A DNA stretch of 64,000 nucleotides from Clostridia bacterium (GTDB taxonomy: Bacteria > Bacillota > Clostridia > Oscillospirales > SIG627): assembly GCA_017467865.1 (NCBI GenBank), contig JAFUKG010000032.1:53521-117520 (forward strand), written 5' to 3'. The position numbers were made by a program, and so were the translations under genes. The notes beneath the pieces are model-generated. The model did no database searches. It saw nothing but the letters and a program-made list of their open reading frames with translations, and was not told the origin of the DNA. Below, piece after piece: positions 37,339 to 44,998 of this stretch. Every line of letters starts with the position of its first letter. The first letter of the stretch is position 1.

Positions 37339-38237
37339 AAAGAAAAATAAGCCGTGCAAAGATACTGAAAAGAACGAGAATAACACTCTTCTTCATATGG
37401 GCGCTTATGTTTGCATTTATATTCATAATGCCCACGCTTTTCACATTTACCAATTCTTTTATGTCCGAAACCGAGCTCACCTCTACCTACGGCGCAGTAC
37501 TCGGCAACGTGTCAGGGGGCTCCTCCTATATGTCGGAGTCGGTAAAGCTAAAGCTTATACCCGATATGGTAAGCTTCAGACAGTATTTCACAGTACTTTT
37601 TCAGAGTCCCGAATATCTCTTGAAGTTTTGGAATTCTATGATACTTACGCTGCCTATTGTGGCAGGTCAGGTGTGTCTGGCGGCTTTGTCCTCCTACGGC
37701 TTTTACAGATACCGAGGCAAGGTGAAGAACGTTATATTTTTCGCATACATCGTAATAATGCTTATGCCCTATCAGGTTACCTTGGTTCCTAACTTCCTTG
37801 TTTCCGATATGCTTGGAATTATAGGCACCCGCTGGGCGGTAATACTTCCCGGACTTTTTGCACCTCTGTCGGTGTTCATACTCACCAAAAGCATGAGGCG
37901 CATTCCCGTGGCGGCAGTTGAAGCGGCAAGGCTTGACGGAGCGGGCGAATTTAAGATATTCCGCAAAATCTGTCTGCCCATGTGTAAAAACGCCCTTTAC
38001 TCCGTAGTAATTCTCACCTTTATAGATAACTGGAATATGGTTGAGCAGGTGCTCATACTCCTTGACAACCCCGAGCTTCAGCCACTCTCGGTATTCTTAT
38101 CCGAGATAAACACGGGGGAAGTGGGAGTTGCCTTTGCAGTAGCAACGATTTATATGATACCCCCCATACTTCTTTTCCTCCACGGAGAAGAAAGTCTTGT
38201 GGAAGGAATTACCTATCAAGGCAGTGTGAAAGGATAA
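37335..38237 (+). CDS. Carbohydrate-type (CUT1, MalG-like) ABC transporter permease
   Basis: The EAA loop is VEAARLDGAGEFKIFRKICLP. The start overlaps the upstream stop by 4 nt. Confidence 0.85.
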   Translation: MKRKISRAKILKRTRITLFFIWALMFAFIFIMPTLFTFTNSFMSETELTSTYGAVLGNVSGGSSYMSESVKLKLIPDMVSFRQYFTVLFQSPEYLLKFWNSMILTLPIVAGQVCLAALSSYGFYRYRGKVKNVIFFAYIVIMLMPYQVTLVPNFLVSDMLGIIGTRWAVILPGLFAPLSVFILTKSMRRIPVAAVEAARLDGAGEFKIFRKICLPMCKNALYSVVILTFIDNWNMVEQVLILLDNPELQPLSVFLSEINTGEVGVAFAVATIYMIPPILLFLHGEESLVEGITYQGSVKG

Positions 38238-38243
38238 ACGAAT

Positions 38244-40313
38244 ATGAAGACAAGAAAAGATTTAATAAAAAATATAGCAATTATATTCCTTGCGGTAATG
38301 CTTGTGCTTACCTTTTTCTCCAACACCATTCTCAACTGGTCACTGCCTCAGGTTTCGGGCAGATACACCGAGTACGGTGAAATAAAGACGGGAGTAAGAG
38401 GAAGCGGTCAGGTAGTGTCAAACCTTACCTACACCGAAACCGTCAAGGGAGACCGCAAGATAGAAGAGGTCTACGTGTCAAGAGGAAGTGTGGTGGAAGC
38501 AGGACAGACTCTCATGCTCCTCGGCCCCACCGACTCCGAAAAGGCGGAAAGCCTTGAGGCCGAGATTGCAACCCTTGAGGACGCATACAACAGAGCCCTT
38601 CTCTCTAAAACAGAGTATGACTACGAGGACGACGAATATCAGATAAAGATAGCCACCGAGGACCTGAATATAATCAAGGCAGAAAGAGCGGTGTACACCG
38701 ACGAATATATCGCAGGCATTAAGAAAAACGCCGAGGATAAAGAGAAGGCATACGAGGCGGAAAGCGAGCGTCTTGAAAGCCTTGAAGAGGAGCTTGAAGA
38801 GCTTTCCGAAAATTCATCCGACCCCGAAATAGTAGAGGCAAGAGAAAAGGTAGCTAAAGCACAAGAGCGTGTGGATATAGCAAAGGAAGCCCTTGAAAAG
38901 GCGGAAAAGGCACTTTCTGAGGTGAATAAGACCGACACGGGCTCACTCAACAGTCAGCTTGACTCTCTCTATGACTCATATGACAGAGCCAAAACAGAGC
39001 TTTCCTATTTAAAAGAGGACAATGCACACCTTATTAAAATAAGAGACGATAAAAAGTCGGCAGAAACCGCCCTCAACAAAGCTAAGACCGACTATGATAA
39101 AGCGGTAACAGACTACGGTGAGGACTCCGCCGAGGCTCTGACGGCAAAGGAGACTCTCGACAGTGCGCAGACCGCCTTCGACGAGGCAGAAAAGCTTTAT
39201 AACGAGAACGCCGAGGAAATAAAGACCGCCGAAAGAGCTATCGCTGCACAGGTAACAGAGGTTGACAACATCAGCTATGAGATATACTCTGTAAGAGCAG
39301 AGATTTCATCGGCTAATAAGGAAAACAAAGCCTACAACGATTATAAGAACACAGTTTCCATAAAGGAAAAGGCTCTTGAGAGCGAAGAGGCGGATTTGGA
39401 AGTGCTCGAAAAAGCACTGGAAGAGCTTGTAAAAACCGCCAACAAGGAGCTGACAGCTTCTATCAAGACCTCAAAGAAAGCTCTTGAGGACCTTGGCGAA
39501 GAAAAGGCAGAGGCAGAAGAAAAGCTTGCTGAGCTGGACACAGTAAAAACACTTGACGCCGAGATAAAGTCGGGTGAGCGCAGTCTTGAACAATTAGTGC
39601 GCGCCCTTGAAAAGAAAAAAGAAGCCGACAAAAAGGCGGCAGAGCTTGAAAATTTTGACAGAAACAAAGAGTATGCAGAAATTCAGAAGAAGAAGGCAGA
39701 GCTCGCTGAAATCAAGGGCGGCTCCAAGGAAGGTTATGAGCTGAAGGCTTCGAGAAGCGGTACCGTCACCGAGGTTAACTTCAGACCCGGCGAGGTAGCT
39801 ACCGACGGCGCGGCGGCGCTGACCGTAGAGGTGGTGGAAAGCGGATATACTCTTTCTTTCTCCGTTTCGGTGAACGAGGCAAGCAGACTCAAGGAAGGTG
39901 ACACCGCTACAGTTTCCGATACCTATTGGGGTCAAAGCGTGGGTGCAGTTCTTACAAAGATTACACCCGACCAAGGCGGTAAGACCAAGACCCTTACCTT
40001 TGAGTTATCTGGCAACGTGAACGCGGGTCAGACCCTTACACTCACCGTTGGTGAGCGTACAACGGGCTACTCCGCGGTTATCCCCAAGAACGCACTCCAC
40101 GAGGACTCAGAGGGCAAGTTTATCTATATCACAAAGACAAAGTCCACACCTCTCGGAGATAGATTTGTTGCAACCAGACTTCCCGTTACCGTTGCCGCAA
40201 GCGACGATAAGAACGTGGCTATCGCTACCGACGAAGCATATCTTTACGAGTACGTTATCACCTCATCCACCAAGCCCTTTGAAGAGGGCGGTTACGTAAG
40301 GCTGAGTGATTGA
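38244..40313 (+). CDS. HlyD/MacA-like membrane-fusion (periplasmic adaptor) protein with a very long coiled coil
   Basis: There is an N-terminal TM anchor. The split barrel-sandwich motifs are GEIKTGVRGSGQVVS..VSRGSVVEAGQTLMLL and ELKASRSGTVTEVNFRPGEVA. Between them lie about 400 residues of E/K/A-rich heptad-like sequence. The C-terminal beta-barrel/MP-domain-like part is SAVIPKNALHEDSEGKFIYI. Confidence 0.75.
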   Translation: MKTRKDLIKNIAIIFLAVMLVLTFFSNTILNWSLPQVSGRYTEYGEIKTGVRGSGQVVSNLTYTETVKGDRKIEEVYVSRGSVVEAGQTLMLLGPTDSEKAESLEAEIATLEDAYNRALLSKTEYDYEDDEYQIKIATEDLNIIKAERAVYTDEYIAGIKKNAEDKEKAYEAESERLESLEEELEELSENSSDPEIVEAREKVAKAQERVDIAKEALEKAEKALSEVNKTDTGSLNSQLDSLYDSYDRAKTELSYLKEDNAHLIKIRDDKKSAETALNKAKTDYDKAVTDYGEDSAEALTAKETLDSAQTAFDEAEKLYNENAEEIKTAERAIAAQVTEVDNISYEIYSVRAEISSANKENKAYNDYKNTVSIKEKALESEEADLEVLEKALEELVKTANKELTASIKTSKKALEDLGEEKAEAEEKLAELDTVKTLDAEIKSGERSLEQLVRALEKKKEADKKAAELENFDRNKEYAEIQKKKAELAEIKGGSKEGYELKASRSGTVTEVNFRPGEVATDGAAALTVEVVESGYTLSFSVSVNEASRLKEGDTATVSDTYWGQSVGAVLTKITPDQGGKTKTLTFELSGNVNAGQTLTLTVGERTTGYSAVIPKNALHEDSEGKFIYITKTKSTPLGDRFVATRLPVTVAASDDKNVAIATDEAYLYEYVITSSTKPFEEGGYVRLSD

Positions 40314-41214
40314 TATGAAAGGACTCATTAAGCTTATCCTTTCTGCCCTTATATTTATAGTCCTTCTCACATGGACTCTTATCTTTATCGGCGAGTCGAG
40401 GGATATCCCGCCCTTCGGTGAGGATTACGCCACTATAAGGCTTTTTGACCCAGACGGCTTCAGCTCCGCTGAGATAAGCGCTATTCGCTTCACCGCCGAC
40501 AGCGTCAGCGAGAGCACTCCCGACACACAGCGTCTGTGGTGCGACGCCTATTCTCGCTTTGAAACGGCAAGTGTCAATAACGATAACGGAAAAAGCACCG
40601 AGAGTGCCTGCGTCGTTACGGGTGGAAATTGGTTCTTGTTCCATAATCTTGACTTTCTTCACGGCTGGTACTACTCTGACACCGACCTGAATTTTGACAG
40701 AGTGGTAATCGACGAAAGACTTGCCTTTCAGCTTTTCGGCAGCAGTAATTGCGAGGGAATGAGAGTCTACGTGTCAGGCACGCCCTGCTACGTTGCAGGC
40801 GTTGTTGCCCTTGACGAAAGCGACGCCTACAAGGCACAGCTTGAAGAAAAGCCCATGATTTATATCCCCGAAAATATTGCCGAAAAGATATTCGGCATGA
40901 AGGACTTTGATTACTACGAAATATGTATGCAGAATCCCGTGGACTCCCACGCCTTGAATTCTCTGAAAGAGGTCACCGAGGGCAAGACGGCAATTGACGT
41001 CACCTCCCGATATAGCCTCAAGAATACCTTCTCGAATTTAAAAAGCTTTACCTCCCGCTCTATCATCACCGAGGAAGAGCCCCTGCCCTTCTGGGAAAAT
41101 GACGACAGACAAAGAGAGGATACTCTTGTGATACTTGAAGTCCTTGTGGCTGTAAGCTTTGTATTTTTCGTGTTAAACCTTATTCTATTTATTATCGAAA
41201 GGAAAAAAAGATGA
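40306..41214 (+). CDS. Membrane protein with a MacB-type periplasmic core-like domain between two TM helices (no FtsX bundle)
   Basis: The order is TM1 (LILSALIFIVLLTWTLIFI), an extracytoplasmic domain with RVVIDERLAFQLFGSSNCEGMRVYVSGTPCYVAGVV (like the MacB_PCD N-terminal motif), then one C-terminal TM (LVILEVLVAVSFVFFVLNLILFII). The start is GTG 40306 or ATG 40315, overlapping the upstream stop. Confidence 0.65.
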   Translation: MIDMKGLIKLILSALIFIVLLTWTLIFIGESRDIPPFGEDYATIRLFDPDGFSSAEISAIRFTADSVSESTPDTQRLWCDAYSRFETASVNNDNGKSTESACVVTGGNWFLFHNLDFLHGWYYSDTDLNFDRVVIDERLAFQLFGSSNCEGMRVYVSGTPCYVAGVVALDESDAYKAQLEEKPMIYIPENIAEKIFGMKDFDYYEICMQNPVDSHALNSLKEVTEGKTAIDVTSRYSLKNTFSNLKSFTSRSIITEEEPLPFWENDDRQREDTLVILEVLVAVSFVFFVLNLILFIIERKKR

Positions 41215-43652
41215 AAAAAATTCTCACCCTTGTCCTTGCTCTTTTCACCCTTTTTGCTCTTGCATCCTGCGGGCCCAAGGAAGAAAAGAAGCCCGAAAAG
41301 GTAGCACTTGAAAACGTTTATATGGCAAAGAAGCTCCCCACCCCCGACGGTGTAGACCTCTATAATATTATGATGTCGGGTGACAGAGCCTTCTTCAACG
41401 GCTCGAAGGAGGTTAAAACCACCGATGATGACGGCAACGAAATCTCCGACTGGTACGATTGCGTATATACTGCCAACGCCGACCTGACAGATATCCGCGA
41501 GCTTTACACCTTTAAGGGTGAGTGGAACTACGACGAGACAACAGGCACCGATACGGGCAAATACCTCAACGGCTATAACGCAGGTGCCAACGGTAAGCTC
41601 TGGCTCTCCTTTACGGAATATAAGAGCTGGTACGACAGTGACACCGAACAGTATAACTATGAGGAGAATACTGTCTTGAAGCTCCTCGAAGAGGACGGAA
41701 GCTTTTCAAGAGAAATAAGCATCACCCCTCTTCTTAAATCACGCCCCGAGTTTGCAGGGGATAGCTATTCCACCTATATGGGTCAGCTTGCCGAAACCTC
41801 CGACGGAAAGCTCGTTATGCTCATCGGTAACAAATATATCTTCGTTATCGACAAGGACGCGAACCCATTAAGCCTTACCGAGCTCCCTCAGAATAAATCC
41901 CCGAACGACGTTGCCCTCATTAATGACGATACCCTCAGACTTTCCGCTTGGGATTGGTCGGGAGAGGAAAGCAAGGTAGAGATTATCGACTTCTCTATTT
42001 CAAAGGCAGAATTCAAAACCATTGACACCATCTCCTCCTACCACAGCGTGCAGATGGCTGACGACGGAACGGTTTACATAAACGATTACAGCACTATATC
42101 AAGATACGATTTCGATAAAAAAGAAGAAGTACCCCTTCTTGACTTTATTAACTCCGATATCAACTCCGACAGACTTTCAAGTTTCTACCCCGCAGGCAAC
42201 GACGAGTTCTATACCTTTGAATACGATGCCGATTGGGAAGGCCGTCAGCTTCTTCACCTTACCCCCGCCGCAAAGGGCGAGGTGGTTGAAAAGTATATTA
42301 TCACCCTTGCAGCAAATGCCCTTGACTCTCAGCTTAAGAGCATGATTATCGACTATAACCGCTCATCAAAGGATTACAGAATTGCAGTTAAGGTTTACGG
42401 TTGGGAAGAAGCGGACACCGAGCGCTTTGACCTCGACCTTCTTTCTGGTGCCACCCCCGATATTGTTTGTATTGACAGCTCACTCAGTCTTACAAAGTAC
42501 GCCACTAAGGGAATATTTGCCGACCTCGGTGCTTACCTTGACTCCGATGACGAGATAAATAGAGATACACTTCTCCCTAACGTTCTGAAGGCTTGTGAGA
42601 CAAACGGCAAGATTTACAGCCTTCCCGTTAACTTTGCTGTAAGAAGCCTTGTTACAAAGAAGAGTCTTGTAGGGGATAAGACCTCTCTTACCTTTGACGA
42701 CGTGAAGTCTATCCTTTCTGTTTATCCCGGCGCTGTCTTTATGAGAGAGACAGACCGCGAACAGCTTATGACGGGATTTTTACCTGTGATACTTGAAGAA
42801 TATATCGACTATAAGAACGGAAAATCCAACTTCTCCGACGGAACATTTAAGTCCTTCCTTGAATTTGCAAAAGCCTTCCCCGCAAAGATTGACTACGATA
42901 CCTACTATAACGATATCGACTGGGAAGCATATGAGAACGACTTTAAGGAAAACCGAGTTATCGCAAACTCTGTTTACCTTTCAAGCTTCAATTCTATTGA
43001 ATGGCAGGAAGAACAGTTCGGTGAAGAGATTGTCTGCATCGGCTATCCCACGAATAAAGGCGAACCCCACGCCCTCAACCTCAATACTCAGTTTGCTATT
43101 GGCGCAAAGTCTGTTTATAAAGAGCAGGCTTGGGACTTTATGAAGATGCTTCTCGCCAAGGAATACCAGACCGAGTACACTTGGACCTTCCCTATAAATA
43201 AAGAAGCCTTTGAAGAAATGAAGGAAAAGGAAATTACAAGTACTAAGTCTCGCTACGAAAAAGAGGCTATGGAGGACGATGAATACTTCGATGATGACTT
43301 CATCATGGACGACGATATGGTAGTTATGCCCCGTGAAGAGGTTGCAGAGGTTGTTGTTGAAACCTCAGAGGAGCTTGTAGCATCTGATAAGGTAGTAACA
43401 CTGCCCGAAACACCAATCGCGCCCGTCGAGGATGAAGAATTCACCTCTGAAAAGCTTGAGAGAATGCTCGGATATATCGACAGTATCTATAATATCGCCA
43501 CAACTACCACCCGTCTTGCCCGCTACAACGACCCCGTCCTCGACATAATCACCTCCGACGTCGGCGCCTACTTCGACTCCAAGAAATCCGCCGAGGAAAC
43601 CTGCAAGACGATAGAGAGTAGGGTGAACCTTTATCTCGCCGAAAACAGTTAA
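41211..43652 (+). CDS. Large (813 aa) lipoprotein: N-terminal extension of unknown fold, family-1 extracellular solute-binding domain, and an acidic C-terminal region
   Basis: The lipobox is LFALASCG. The central part (ITLAANALDSQLKSMIIDYNRSSKDYRIAVKVYGWEE..GATPDIVCIDS..NGKIYSLPVNFAV) is SBP_bac_1-like. About 340 N-terminal residues are rich in D/N/Y/W beta-type sequence. The start overlaps the upstream stop (ATGA). Confidence 0.75.
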   Translation: MKKILTLVLALFTLFALASCGPKEEKKPEKVALENVYMAKKLPTPDGVDLYNIMMSGDRAFFNGSKEVKTTDDDGNEISDWYDCVYTANADLTDIRELYTFKGEWNYDETTGTDTGKYLNGYNAGANGKLWLSFTEYKSWYDSDTEQYNYEENTVLKLLEEDGSFSREISITPLLKSRPEFAGDSYSTYMGQLAETSDGKLVMLIGNKYIFVIDKDANPLSLTELPQNKSPNDVALINDDTLRLSAWDWSGEESKVEIIDFSISKAEFKTIDTISSYHSVQMADDGTVYINDYSTISRYDFDKKEEVPLLDFINSDINSDRLSSFYPAGNDEFYTFEYDADWEGRQLLHLTPAAKGEVVEKYIITLAANALDSQLKSMIIDYNRSSKDYRIAVKVYGWEEADTERFDLDLLSGATPDIVCIDSSLSLTKYATKGIFADLGAYLDSDDEINRDTLLPNVLKACETNGKIYSLPVNFAVRSLVTKKSLVGDKTSLTFDDVKSILSVYPGAVFMRETDREQLMTGFLPVILEEYIDYKNGKSNFSDGTFKSFLEFAKAFPAKIDYDTYYNDIDWEAYENDFKENRVIANSVYLSSFNSIEWQEEQFGEEIVCIGYPTNKGEPHALNLNTQFAIGAKSVYKEQAWDFMKMLLAKEYQTEYTWTFPINKEAFEEMKEKEITSTKSRYEKEAMEDDEYFDDDFIMDDDMVVMPREEVAEVVVETSEELVASDKVVTLPETPIAPVEDEEFTSEKLERMLGYIDSIYNIATTTTRLARYNDPVLDIITSDVGAYFDSKKSAEETCKTIESRVNLYLAENS

Positions 43653-43654
43653 CC

Positions 43655-44000
43655 GTTTCTTAGAAATTTCGTGTAATACTTCGTCAACTTCAAAAACCCC
43701 GTCGTCACCTTACGGACAGTAAGGTTTCCTCGGGGTTTTCTTGTTTCCTTGTCTTACGCAAAATTTCGTCGAAACTGTGATAGTGTAAATTTGTTATTCG
43801 TCTTTTTCCGTTCTGCTTCGCTACTTGTTCGACTCGGCTTCGTTGACTTACATTTAGTAAGCCTTCCTCGCCTCGCTCACGTGCACTCGCATAACGAAAA
43901 AATACTTTGAAACTGTGATAGTATAAGGAAAAAGAGCCGTTATCGGCTCTTTTTCCTCGTCTTACGCAAAATTTCGTCGAAACTATGTTTCTTAGAAATT
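43655..44000. repeat. Direct-repeat-structured non-coding segment
   Basis: The 14-mer gtttcttagaaatt occurs at 43655-43668 and 43987-44000. A 33-mer cctYgtcttacgcaaaatttcgtcgaaactRtg occurs at 43747-43779 and 43955-43987 (31/33 identical), each time directly after a terminator-like hairpin. gaaactgtgatagtRtaa occurs at 43771-43788 and 43909-43926. Confidence 0.8.
43692..43745 (+). terminator. Intrinsic terminator ending the ABC/MFP operon
   Basis: aaaaaccccg(43692-43701)..cggggtttt(43731-43739), with an inner hairpin accttac-ggacag-taaggt, followed by ttttcttgttt. Confidence 0.7.
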
Positions 44001-44137
44001 AAAAATTAATGAAGATTTTGCTTTAGCAAAATCAACAATAATTTTCACGAAGTGAAACATCATTTGCCGTAAGGCAACATCATTTCGGAGAACATCATTT
44101 GTGTTTTGCACAGCATCGTTTGCGTCAGCAAAGCTTA

Positions 44138-44166
44138 TTGCAAATTCCGACACATTATGCTATAAT
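44138..44166 (+). promoter_or_regulatory. SigA-type promoter for the small-peptide leader
   Basis: TTGCAA at 44138-44143, a 17-nt spacer, then TATAAT at 44161-44166. Confidence 0.6.
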
Positions 44167-44172
44167 ACCCAC

Positions 44173-44234
44173 GGCTACCATAAACGGCGGCGGTTCAGCC
44201 CTCAAATGAGAGGGCGTGTGCCCTCTTATTTTTT
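44173..44234 (+). promoter_or_regulatory. Leader with mutually exclusive hairpins (antiterminator/terminator) upstream of the 23-aa ORF; alternatively a ~60-nt sRNA
   Basis: Hairpin A is gccctc(44198-44203)-aaatga-gagggc(44210-44215). Hairpin B is gagggc(44210-44215)-gtgt-gccctc(44220-44225) followed by ttatttttt(44226-44234). Both use the same 44210-44215 strand. The RBS AAGGGGG starts at 44235. Confidence 0.55.
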
Positions 44235-44248
44235 AAGGGGGTGATGCT

Positions 44249-44320
44249 ATGGATTATTTTATCGCCCTTGCGTTAATACTTATCGCAGCGACAGGATATA
44301 TTGTAAGCATAAAAAAATAA
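44249..44320 (+). CDS. Small hydrophobic peptide (23 aa), candidate type I toxin-like or membrane sORF
   Basis: This ORF is not in the track. The ATG at 44249 lies 7 nt after AAGGGGG. It encodes MDYFIALALILIAATGYIVSIKK, which is a single TM-like helix with a C-terminal KK. A terminator follows directly. Confidence 0.45.
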   Translation: MDYFIALALILIAATGYIVSIKK

Positions 44321-44397
44321 CCGCCCCGGTCCAAAGGTTGCGGTTATTTTTTATTAACTGATACCAAGGGCTGAACCGTTGCCGGTAGCCTTTTTCT
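44311..44397 (-). ncRNA. Predicted ~85-nt antisense RNA overlapping the 3' end and terminator of the 23-aa ORF
   Basis: On the minus strand there is an extended -10, TGTTATAAT (plus 44404-44412), a 16-nt spacer and the -35 TTGCTT (plus 44426-44431). The transcript would start near 44397 and end at the bidirectional terminator. Its 5' part, GGCTACCGGCAACGGTTCAGCCCT, is a GCAA-tetraloop hairpin. Confidence 0.35.
44318..44352. terminator. Bidirectional intrinsic terminator shared by the sORF (+) and the predicted antisense RNA (-)
   Basis: The stem is taaccgc(44318-44324)/gcggtta(44340-44346). T-runs flank it on both strands: tttttt at 44347-44352 on plus, and the A-run at 44311-44317 on plus reads as a T-run on minus. 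Confidence 0.65.
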
Positions 44398-44550
44398 ATA
44401 TCTATTATAACACGGATTTTGAAAAAAGCAAGAGAATTTTTTTCGGAAGAAAAATTATAATTAATTGTGAATTTCGGCAAAGCCGAAATTGTCCACAATT
44501 CATAATTCTTCACTCATCATTCTTCATTAAATAAAGCACCAAGCGGTGCT

Positions 44551-44862
44551 TTATTTTTCTGCCATATTCTTAATCAAATTCTCTACTATTTCAAGCTGTT
44601 TATCGTCGAGCTTTTTCATATATTCGGTTATCTTTTTTAATCTCGATGGATTTGTACTGTCGGTGTCGAAAAATTCACAAGGGGTTATTCCAAGATAGTC
44701 ACAGATATAAAAGAGACCCGACAAAGAGGGCAGCGCCCCGCCCGTTTCAATATGGTTAATATAGTTTTCGTTTTGACCGATTGACAAACTCATCTCTCTT
44801 GCAGATACGTTTTTCTTTGTTCTAAGTGTTGCCAAGCGAAGTCCTACTTTTTCTTTTTCCAC
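44551..44862 (-). CDS. XRE-family helix-turn-helix transcriptional regulator
   Basis: LRLATLRTKKNVSAREMSLSIGQNENYINHIETG is an HTH_3 motif. I prefer GTG 44862 (after aaaggcggtga) over the track's TTG 44916. Confidence 0.8.
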   Translation of the reverse strand: MEKEKVGLRLATLRTKKNVSAREMSLSIGQNENYINHIETGGALPSLSGLFYICDYLGITPCEFFDTDSTNPSRLKKITEYMKKLDDKQLEIVENLIKNMAEK

Positions 44863-44998
44863 TATATTATCACCGCCTTTACAATATTCTACCTTAGAGA
44901 ACGTCTTATAATACAAGATTAGAAGTCTTAAAGGTGTTGCAATACAAGTTGATTTGTTGTATAATGTGAAAAATGCGACTTTAAAAGTAGGAGAAGTT

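Noticed and set aside
43655-44000. MITE with a 14-bp target-site duplication
   Set aside because: The sequences just inside the two 14-mers are not inverted repeats of each other, and the internal repeats are all in direct orientation. This does not fit MITE structure.
44168-44234. Known small riboswitch classes (preQ1-I, fluoride, guanidine-II mini-ykkC) for the sORF leader
   Set aside because: ACGG occurs twice, but it is not in GC-closed tetraloop hairpins. There is no preQ1 A-rich tail or CUA motif and no fluoride GAUG or CUGAUGA elements. I treat the leader as an unclassified attenuator or sRNA.
44280-44513. Minus-strand 77-aa ORF in the non-coding island
   Set aside because: It has no RBS and an odd composition, and it runs through the bidirectional terminator and the antisense promoter. 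The region is better explained by the sORF and antisense-RNA architecture.
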